DNA of 64,000 nucleotides from Octopus sinensis (Eukaryota), in assembly GCF_006345805.1 (NCBI RefSeq), contig NC_043000.1, positions 47,988,001 to 48,052,000 on the forward strand, in the 5' to 3' direction. How positions within the stretch are numbered: position 1 is the stretch's first letter; each line of letters begins with the position of its first letter. The position numbers were made by a program, and so were the translations under genes. This document shows positions 40,155 through 50,356 of this stretch, piece after piece. The notes under the pieces are model-generated. The model did no database searches. It was not told where the DNA came from and saw only the letters and a program-made list of their open reading frames with translations.

Positions 40155-40247
40155 TATTTCTTCCTGAAGAGAAAGACACAATATGGTCTCATTATTCAAT
40201 CGGATTTTGGTAAATTGTGCCTTTCGAAACACGTGTAGAATGAAATA
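40155..40247 (+). ncRNA. Type I hammerhead ribozyme
   Basis: Stem I TATTTCTTC / GAA(T)GAAATA; core CTGAAGA (40164-70); stem II GAAAGACACAAT / ATTGTGCCTTTC (11 of 12 bp); GAAA (40226-29); palindromic stem III CACGTG; cleavage triplet GUA (cut after 40237); AATAAA at 40244-49. Confidence 0.8.
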
Positions 40248-40455
40248 AAACGATTTCTGTTCAATCTTCGTTCAGCTCCATTTCTTCAATTCACTAATTA
40301 TATTAAAATTCAATTATCCGCACCAACGCACGGTTGCAACACCATATGGTTGTACCTCCAACCGTGCTGTCTTCTGCTGTGATTTTTGGTACCAAGGTAT
40401 CGGTTAAACTTTTGATTAATCTGCTACAAGATTATTCATCTTTCTATTTCACATA

Positions 40456-40535
<80 letters not shown>

Positions 40536-40989
40536 AACGTGTTCCTTATTACGACAGAAATTTTTCTTCTCACAACACTGCATCTGTCCAGTGGGATGTA
40601 CATGTAAATAGATTTACAGAAATAGATTCAACAGACCTTTTGAATTCAAGGGGCTAACGTCGGCATAAATAAATATATTTTGGAGTAATTGGTTAAAAAC
40701 GTTCTCCGACCGTTGAAACTAGAGTCGTTGAAGACCCGTCGTCTTCACGATATACATTTTCAGTCGCTAAGCGAATACGACGCGTACTTTCAGGATCAAA
40801 GGTAACAGAAAGCCGACAGCGTGTTTCTCTTACCGCTGCGTCACCCATCACGTGATGCGACGATACAAGGACCACTATTGGCTAAGAGCTAATCTTCCAT
40901 TTTCCTCGCAATAGCAGTCCAATCTGCGCGCAACGTTCGAGAGGGTGCTTTTCTTCCCAGTTCACCAGCGGCCAGCACTTTTATCTTGC

Positions 40990-42180
40990 CATATATGTTT
41001 TCATTTTCGACTAATACTACTAAGGCACCTTCCCCTGTTCCTTTAGTCTCGTCAGAAAGCAGCTATACTTTAACAATGCAGGCAGCTCTATCTTCTGCCC
41101 CGCCACCTTACACGGGAGATCTCACGAATTTGGTTTTGCAACTTAAAGCCAATTTCGCGGTTAACAAGATTTCTTCTGATATGCGCCAGTTTCGTCCTCT
41201 AGTCAGTGTTCTTCCACTTGCCCGGAGCAGAATACTAATCATTTGAATTGCAGAATATGAAAGCAGAAATTGTAAGACGTACCTCTACGTCAAGCGAAAG
41301 GGATTTCACCAACTTCTTCATAAAGAAACATTAGGAGATAAAAGACCTTCCCAACTATTGCAAAGAACGCGGGATTTGGTTGAATCAATGTTAAGGTAAC
41401 TTACACTATTTTTTTTTTCCATACCTTCTTTCTAATGTGCAAGCCTTTTAACGGTTATAAGAGAGCAAAATTCACTTATCTAGTTTGCGGAGATAGTAGA
41501 TATTATGAATATTTCTTCTCCAAGTACCAGTAATACTGAAACTTATCCTCCCACTCTTATATCTTCAATATCCTCTGAGTTGGTATTGTTCCATAAGACG
41601 ACCAGTGAGAAAATTCAAGTTCTAACAGACAAGCTTGACCAAAGTTGGTACTTGTATCGCAGAGTGGTCCCGGTTTGCGCAGACGCGCTACCCAGACGTA
41701 GCCAGTCGATCCTACGAACTGACTGGCTACGTCTGGGTAGCGCGGACGCGCGTCTGCGTGTGTGCGCAAACCGGGACCACTCTGCGATACAAGTACCACC
41801 AAAGTTTTCTAAGTACTGTTCGCGCTCGAATTCTTTTTGTCGGGTAATTTCGAGAAAGCGTTTTTGCAGCCTTCGCAGGGCTTCTTCGTCATTTTCTTAG
41901 TATCACAGTCGTTTCGGAATGAAATGCGCACAAGTGTATCCCACCTTGTCCTTTGAAGTATTCTGCTCAGCAGCGGGAAAACTCCGTCGCCACGGATTAA
42001 GAACGACTGCTTCTTTTATCAGTTCGTAACGTCTTTTTCGTCTACGACGCCATCTCGATGCAGCATATATTAGTAGACTAGCAGCATAGCTCGGCATTGC
42101 CCGGGTATGTAAGAGCCCCTAGAAGGCAACGGCTAATCCCAATCTGGTCCTTTCCCTCTAGGGAACGAAGGCGCATGTGT
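40990..42180 (+). mobile_element. Gypsy LTR-retrotransposon relic (gag + start of protease), heavily decayed
   Basis: ANFAVNKISSD..QF..LVSVLP and QLLHKETLGDKRPSQLLQR (gag), *YHSRFG (knuckle remnant), and LFVYDAISMQHILVD (protease remnant), with stops and frameshifts. Confidence 0.7.
41647..41797. mobile_element. 151-bp hairpin MITE with 9-bp TSD (Mutator-like)
   Basis: Perfect 35-bp TIRs at 41647-41681 and 41763-41797, a perfect inner 24-bp IR at 41684-41707 and 41721-41744, and TSD ACCAAAGTT at 41638-41646 and 41798-41806. Confidence 0.85.
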
Positions 42181-42230
42181 AGGTTGCAATGTCTTCTCTT
42201 CACTCGAATACTTCTGTGTATACGATATTC

Positions 42231-42510
42231 CTAGCTGTCCCTTTGGGTGATAAAAAGGTCGAGTTGTGTCCCCTAGACAGAAAATGTGTTGCATATAAAA
42301 AGCTTAGATTCTCGACCCCATGTCGAATTTATCGATTTTTTCAGAACTGGGGGAACTTTTCAAAATTTTCGCTGCGTCAGTTTTTAATTATGACATTGGG
42401 CTATGTGTGTGTCAAGTTTCATCAGAATCGGTTGAAAGCCGTGGTCAGGGTGAGGGTACAACCTGACAGACACACAGACAGACAAACTGCCGTTTATATA
42501 TATAGAGAGA
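42231..42510 (-). mobile_element. Possible non-autonomous Helitron-like element
   Basis: The minus strand starts A|TCTCTCTATATATATAAAC...GTCTGTCTG...AACCGATTCTGATGAAACTT and ends at CTAG. The subterminal hairpin is weak and the 3' flank is G rather than T. Confidence 0.45.
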
Positions 42511-44596
42511 TGTAGGTACAGCTTGTTGCATATGACCTATCAATTTCTTGTCTGATTCACGAAAGCCATCAGCCATCATTCTGCAAGCTATCAATCGCTT
42601 TCCTGTTTCCACTCATGGTAACATTTCAAGAGGATTTTCATCATTGCAGACCTATCTTTGATGCTTGACTTCCTGCATCATTTTGCTCTTCTTGTTGATT
42701 TGAAACACAAGTGATTGAATGATACAGAAACCAAAGGCTTCTCTATGTACTGGAGAGTAATTTATTTGTTACATTAATAGGAAAGGTATTCACGCAATAC
42801 CATTAATAAAATCATTGATGAAACATCGTAATATGATACGTACAGAAAGTCTTTGTTAGAAATTCAACATTTGTATTATCATTTTTATATGTCAAATATA
42901 TATATTCAGGTGTCGCAATGTGTCTTCTTCGAGCAATCCACGTTGAATATGCAGAGTGAAAATAGCTATTAGGAGAGAGAACGCCAACTCGACCCGTGAC
43001 ACTCTAAATATGGCGGGAGTGGAGAACGTCGTGGTGACGCTCTGCAAAATTGGCGGCAAATCTGACTGTATTCAGTTTCTTTATTAGCCACAAGGGCCCG
43101 AACATAGAGAGGGACAAACAAGGACAGACAGGACACCACAGAGGGTACAATACATAGAACGAATATGATGAGATGATTATACAATAATGGGGTTATGAAT
43201 GGCTGCATGCTCCCCTCAGCACGTGCATTACCATTAATCTTTTTAAACTGTCCGTTTTTATCTTGTATTTACATAACAATTAATTATCGTCTACCTTTAC
43301 AATTATTTGAACCATTTATATGTTCTCTAAAATTGTTCTTCTATTTTCCGATATTATTAAACATAACATAAAACACTTTCTTTTTCCTTATTTTCCCTCC
43401 TTTTTCCTTTTCTTTTTTCCTGTCGATTTGACATACTTATTTACTTTTTAGTAATATTTCATTAGTGGTTCAATTCCTACTAATGTATTCATAGACTGTG
43501 TTCACGGAAAGTCTAAACGAGCCACCGAACTAGCACGCGAACAGCAACCGTTCAATGGATAACATTCGGGTTTGTGCGCATGATCGAACTGTGATTCCTA
43601 TGTGACAAAATGTGAGATCGAGTCCAATGCTATACTGTAAACATAAATTATACATACATACATATGTGCGTGCGCGTGCGAGCGTGTATGTATATAGACA
43701 TGTCTACAGAATTATGTGGCGGCACATAATTCTGAAGACAGAGCTTTCTGGAAAATGTATACTTTTTTAAATGAAATTTTCTACGAATACCTTTTTAATG
43801 TGAAACGTGTTAGTATGTATGTGGGCGCACCCACCACCACATCCCCCCCCCATTAAATTTCTCTATCATCGTAATCTACACCACCAGAAAGCTATTTGTA
43901 GAAAATTTCATTTAAAAATATTCCTTTTCCAGAAAGTTATAAGGTGGCGCCATTTGTGTATTCCACACACACACACACACACACATTTATTTACATACAT
44001 TTACACAGACATACATATTTATTTACATTTTACACATACACACACACACACACGTATAACACCTACGTAAGAGGCTGAACAAATTATGTAGTCTTGCACT
44101 TATGCAAGCTTGCTGTGCAACATATGTGATCAGATTAGCACCTTAAAGCATTTTTGCATGCATATACACACATAATGCACTGTCGATCACATAAACCTAT
44201 GGTGCACAGATTAACACTTTATCGAGTCGTATCACTTTATGAATTCTGAAGGTAAAGAATCTAAGCTTCAGAAAGATCTGCTTCATGTAACAAAAATACC
44301 AATGATATGTTTCTCGAATTCATGCTTCGATTGCGTGTGTGTGTGTGTGTGTGTGCGCAAGAGAGAGAGAGCTTTCCCTTTATTCTTTTAAGCGTTAAAG
44401 TAATACAATGTTCGTTAAAAGTTGGGATATTTTCGGTTTGAACGGCAGTTTTTTCTAGCGGTGTCATATGAAATTATGACCTAGTATCGATCTATTGCAT
44501 TTCAATCTCTGTTAGGGGTCGGGGGAAGGGTATTTTTTTCTTCTTCACAAATGTAAATAAACCCAATCTGCTTCTTAAACGAGGAACATATTCATA

Positions 44597-44790
44597 CGTT
44601 CGCGCATGCGCAGTCACAGGTTCGCGCATGCGCACGCATACGTTCGCGCATGCGCAGTCACACTTTCGCGCATGCGCACGCACACGTTGGCGCATGCGCA
44701 GTCACACGTTCGCGCACGCGCAGTAACACGCTGCGCATGCGCAGTCACACTTTTGCGAAGGCGCATGCACACGTTCGCGCACGCACATAT
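44597..44790. repeat. 22-bp-period minisatellite built on GCGCATGCGC
   Basis: The motif starts at 44602, 44624, 44646, 44668, 44690 and 44733, with variants at 44712 and 44761. Confidence 0.9.
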
Positions 44791-44816
44791 ATGTGCGCAT
44801 ATAGCATAAGACCATA

Positions 44817-45320
44817 TCTATATATATAAAACTGTAGTTGTGTGAGCGTCTGTCCCCTTCGATTTAGATTCCTAACTACTCCCTCATTTTGCGGTGCAGT
44901 TTAACCAAATTCGGGTATCTTATAGTCGTGATTCATATCGAGCCCGTCTGAGTATTAGCGCGCGTCTACGATGAGTCTACGATTTTAAAAATAATTTAAC
45001 ATCATTTTTTATTCCATTTGAATGCATAATTTTTCGTGTGTCGATGGCGGGGTCCATGGTCACACCTGCACCTGTTTGCTTCTCCCCCTTCTTCCCTCCC
45101 TCGTGAAGCTGTAGGGAAGGGAGTGTAAGGAAATCAACGTCGTAAAGCGTTGTCAAGGAGACCAGCGTTCTTTTAGAACAACAACTTCATGGCTTGAAGA
45201 CACCAAAACAGAAATGGCTAAGAAAGCCCGAATTGGCATCTATAAGCGAAGTAACTCTCTAAAAATGCTTATATAGTTATTTCCCTTACAAACCCGAGCA
45301 ACGCCGGGCGATACTGCTAG
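44817..45320 (+). mobile_element. Non-autonomous Helitron, copy 1
   Basis: A|TC start; subterminal hairpin CCCGAGCAACGCCGGG; CTAG|T end. Confidence 0.8.
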
Positions 45321-45324
45321 TATA

Positions 45325-45724
45325 TCTATATATATAAAAGTGAAGTTGTGTGAGTGTCTGTCTCCTACGATTTAGATTCCTAACTACTCCCACATTTTGC
45401 GGTGCAGTTTAACCAAAACCGGGTATCTTATAGTCGTGATTCATATCGAGCCCTTCTGGGTATTAGCGCGCGTCTACGATGAGTCTACGATTTTAAAAAT
45501 AATTTACCATCATTTGTTTTCATTTTAATGCATTATTTTTGCTATTATATAAGGGAAGTAACTCTCTAAAAATGTCTACGATGAGTCAACGATTTAAAAT
45601 AAATTTACTATAATTTTTTTCCATTTTTAATGCATTTTTTTGCTATTTTTTGGCTATAACTCTCTAAAAATGCTTTATAGTTATTTCCCTTACAAACCCG
45701 AGCAACGCCGGGCGGTACTGCTAG
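45325..45724 (+). mobile_element. Non-autonomous Helitron, copy 2 (head-to-tail with copy 1)
   Basis: Same 5' ~210 bp and the same 3' hairpin + CTAG|T, with a different interior. Confidence 0.8.
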
Positions 45725-45826
45725 TATAAATATAAAGTTAATCCAAACAAGAAAGCACAAAAAAACATAACAACGCGAGGACGTGGAACAAATATAGTAT
45801 TATTGGACGCTCAGGAAAGAAGGAGG

Positions 45827-45861
45827 GTTTAACGTTTCGAGCGGAGCTCTTCGTCGGAAAC
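45827..45861 (-). ncRNA. Minimal hammerhead-like motif with U4C substitution, in a probable Penelope pLTR remnant (~45760-45900)
   Basis: Minus reads GTTT-CCGACGA-A-GAGC-TCC-GCTC-GAAA-CG-TT-AAAC. Stems I and II pair, but the core is CCGA rather than CUGA. Confidence 0.5.
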
Positions 45862-46139
45862 ATAGAAGGAAAGATCCAGAGAAGGGAAGACAGAGGAAAA
45901 AAAGGACAAGGAAAAAGTACGAGGATAAAGATATATATACACACACACACACACACGTATGTGTATGTTTCTATATCTATATGTATGCATACAGATAGAA
46001 ATGTACATATATGTTTATAATCATGCAAACATACATACATGGATATATGTGTGTGCGTATATGTGTATGTTTATAGGATATGGGTGTGTGTGTGTGTGTA
46101 TATATGTATGTCTTTTTATAAATCTATGCATACATGTGT

Positions 46140-46415
46140 GTGTGTGTGTGTGTCTACATATGTACAGATACAAATATACAAACATACGCAGTACATATAT
46201 TTATAATCATGTAAGCATACATACATGGATGTGTGTGCGCGCGTGTGTGTCTGTGTGTGTGTGCGTGCGTGTCTGTGTGTGTGTGTGTGGTGTCTACATA
46301 TGTACAGATACAAATATACAAACATACGCAGTACATATATTTATAATCATGTAAGCATACATACATGGATGTGTGTGCGCGCGTGTGTGTCTGTGTGTGT
46401 GTGCGTGCGTGCGTG

Positions 46416-46440
<25 letters not shown>
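46140..46440. repeat. ~140-bp tandem duplication of a compound CA/TG low-complexity unit
   Basis: The unit GTGTCTACATATGTACAGATACAAATATAC... occurs twice, with a degenerate third copy upstream. Confidence 0.8.
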
Positions 46441-46472
<32 letters not shown>

Positions 46473-46884
46473 TATGCATGCACATCTCTGTGTATAACAT
46501 AATCTAATTAGCCTCTATCCTAGCTGACATTTGAAATACTTGCATATATCATAAAAGTGTCATTGTTGACATCACCATCATCATCATTATCATCTTATCT
46601 CCTCCTTAACCATTGTCATTGACATCTTCATTAACAGCAACGTTACTATAACTGTTATCATTGTCATTATCACCACCACCACCACTACCATCACCAATAC
46701 TACCATCATTACTAACAACTACAAACCTGTAATACACATGTCTTTCCTTACTGCAATGCATCATATCTCAATTCAAATCCCATAATACACATACAAGTGA
46801 CTAATACATATATACATACATACATATATGTGCATGTGTATATAGATAGACAGACTGACAGACAGGTACTTGTATATATATGTG

Positions 46885-46917
<33 letters not shown>

Positions 46918-47404
46918 ACAATATACTTATATGCATATCTATAAAGAAAGAAGACAAATGGGTTGAGTTAACTGTTTCAGACACAAATACATATGTAGAG
47001 AGATAAAGAGATAGATAAGCAGATAGACAGACAGACAGATAAACAGATAGATAGACAGATAGATGCATGTATAAATATTTGGAGACATAAATAAAAGAAT
47101 ATATTATGCACATCTGTATCGGCAAATGTCTGCATATATATTTGTGTGTGTGTATATATATATATATAGAGAGAGATGCATATATGTGTGTATGTATGTA
47201 TATATATATATATGCATACACACACACTCATATGTATACATGAATGTAATCACTTGTATATATTCATGTGTGTGTATATATATATATAAACTTGGGGAAA
47301 AGAAATGAAACGACGCGAGGGCGCTCAGTCATATAATAATTTAATAAATAAAATATATGCATACATACATACATACACGTACCTACATCTATATGTATAT
47401 ATAA

Positions 47405-47456
<52 letters not shown>

Positions 47457-47745
47457 AGTACAGGACACCACAAATAAACGTAGAACACAACAAGAAACGA
47501 AAACATAAAAACAAACTAGGAAACGGACTTTTTTTAACAACGAAAAAACAGAGTACAAGACAAACAATACAAGGAATATTCCCCTTCATCAGCTGTCTCT
47601 GGTTCGACTCAATGAGTGTTTCGAAGGTAAGGACAGAACACGATCCGGTCGAAACAATCCTTCCTGCAAAAGAAGGACTATATACATATAGATGTAGGTA
47701 CGTACATATATGTATGTATGTATGCATATATTTTATTTATTAAAT

Positions 47746-47777
<32 letters not shown>

Positions 47778-48689
47778 TATGGACACATACACCCGTATAC
47801 AAATATGAATATATAGGTTAATGCAGAGATGAAAGTGGAAAATTGCATGCATGCCAATTGTGCACACATGTATGTATCTGGACATTTGACTAAGCTGTTT
47901 GATGGCTGAGGTCAACTTTGCCTTCTAAGTTCAAATCTTATCATAGCTTACCTAGGTATTACACTTAATATATCTCCCTGTTTAAACACTATCACCTGGT
48001 ACCTTGGGTAGTACTGTTAGATGAGACATCTGTTTTGAAAACATTGGGGTCAGGTTTCTAGATTAAGGAGAGTGATTGATGGTTACAGTATAGATAAGGA
48101 TAGAGGGGAATGCATATATATATCATCATCATCATCATTTAGCGTCCGTTTTCCATGCTAGCATGGGTTGGACGGTTTAACTGGGGTCTGTGAAGCCGGT
48201 AGGCTTCATCAGGCCCAGTCAGATTTGGCAGTGTTTCTACGGCTGGATGCCCTTCCTAATGCCAACCACTCCACGAGTGTAGCAGTGAATGGGGAACAAA
48301 AGTGCTGCAGTGGCCAAATAGTGAGTTTGGTGAGAGGAAGGCAAAGGAGTGACAGTACAATAAAAACCATAGACTGATGAGGAATACCAAGATGATTTGA
48401 AGTGTTGGGATAAGTGAAAGAGGGATGCACAGTGACAGAGATGGAAGCCAGAGGTACAGAGGTTAAATAAAGATGGTGCGAGAACGTTGTTGACAAATAT
48501 GAATGGGTGTTCAGGAAAAAGGGATGATCAGTGGAAAATAAAGACGTAAAGAATGAAACTGACAATGCAAGATGGGTGAGAATGTGGGAAGTGTTTCCAA
48601 GGAAACGTGTACGTGGTTCCACAAAATGGGGTCAAAATGTCTGCAGTTCTACTATCACAGGTGCAGGCGAGGCTGCGTGGTAAGAAGCT

Positions 48690-48920
48690 TGCGAGCTGGC
48701 AGAATCGTTAGCATGCCAGGCGAAATGCTTAGCAGTATTTCGTCTGTCTTTACGTTCTGAGTTCAAATTCCGCCGAGGTCGACCTTGCCTTTCATCCTTT
48801 TGGGGTCGATTAAATAAGTACCAGTTATGCACTGGGGTCGATATAATCGACTTAACCCGTTTGTCTGTCCTTGTTTGTCCCCTCTGTGTTTAGCCCCTTG
48901 TGGGCAGTAAAGAAATAAGA
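48690..48920 (+). mobile_element. SINE family B, fused behind a partial family A head
   Basis: Matches 19374-19605. Confidence 0.75.
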
Positions 48921-50318
48921 AGCTTGCTTCCTAATCACATGATTCCATCTTCAGTCCCTCTGCATGAAACCTTGGGCAAGTGTCTTCTATTTTAGCCTCG
49001 GGTTGACCAAAGCCTTGTGAGTTGATTTGGTAAACAGAAACTGAAAGCAGCCCATCATATGTATGTATGTATGTATGTGTGTGTGTGTGTGTGTCTTTGT
49101 TTGTCTCCCCATCATTACTTGACAATCAGTATTGGTGTGTTTACGTTCCCATATCTAATGGTTCAGCAAAGAGATCAATAGCCTAAGTACTAGGCTTAAA
49201 AAAAATGTAATGGGGTTCAATTTCTCATCAAAAATACATCAAACATAATTAGAGTCAATTGACTTAAACAAGTAAAAGAATAAAGGAATGAAAGAATACG
49301 AAGAATATAATTATAGAAGTTGAGTAAATAATGCCATTGTCAGAAGAGTGCTTGAAGGATGGGCGTTGAGAAAAAGAACTGTAGAAAATGCTTAACAGAG
49401 GAAGGCTGGATGCATGCAGTAGGGGGTAGGATGGCCTTGATATAAAGGATGTGCTGTTAGGACCCTCATTTTTTCTCTGAGAAGGCCTGGTCTTCTCAAG
49501 CACAGTAAATCGCTAATCATACCAGTTCTTGTCATTTCCTGGAGTCTGGTGCATCCTTAGCATGCCAGCACAGTCAAACCATCCAACCCATGCCAGCATA
49601 GACAATGGACGTTAACTGATGATGATATATATATGTAGATGATTGAAAGTAACACATGAGTTGATATGTATAAGGAAAATAATATAAGGTAGAAAATGCT
49701 AAATCAATTTTATTATGAAATTAATTTTGTAATGTTAGTACTGATTTCAGTCTTTTCGACTGTTTCAACTATGAGTAAAACAAAGATAGATATTAATTAG
49801 GAAGAAAAACAATTAAATTGAAGAAAAAAATTAAATGAAATGTTTTGTAAATGTTTCCATAGTCTTCAAATAGGTAGGACATTTTCCTTATTTGTTTCTC
49901 TCTCTTTTCCTTTGTGAAGGCTCAGTAGGTAGTATCAGAGCTGAAAAAGTAGTGTTTATGGGTGCAGAGAAATATTTGGTTCTAAAGCTTGGTGGTTTAA
50001 GCAACAGCAGGCAAAGAAGGAGAAAGCGAAGGAGAAGAAGGAGGAGAAGAACAAGGGGAGGGGGGAGAAGAAGAAGAAAGGGAGAAGGAGAGGAAGAGGA
50101 GAAAAGAGGAAGAAGTGTATATACTCTTTTACTTGTTTCAGTCATTTGACTGCAGCCATGCTGGAGCACCGCCTTTAATCGAGTAACTCGACACCGGGAC
50201 TTATTCTTTTGTAAGTTCAGTACTTATTCTATCGGTCTCTTTTGCTGAACCGCTAAGTAATGGGGACATAAAACACACCAGCATCGGTTGTCAAGCAATG
50301 CTAGGGGGACAAACACGC

Positions 50319-50356
<38 letters not shown>

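Larger units (their letters stand above)
38505..40455 (-). mobile_element. Penelope-like element: GIY-YIG-only ORF between 397-bp inverted pseudo-LTRs, inserted in (TA)n
   Basis: Inverted repeats are 38505-38901 and 39907-40303, with no mismatch found by eye. There is a GIY-YIG ORF, a hammerhead in each repeat, and an unpaired tail at 40304-40455. Confidence 0.85.
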
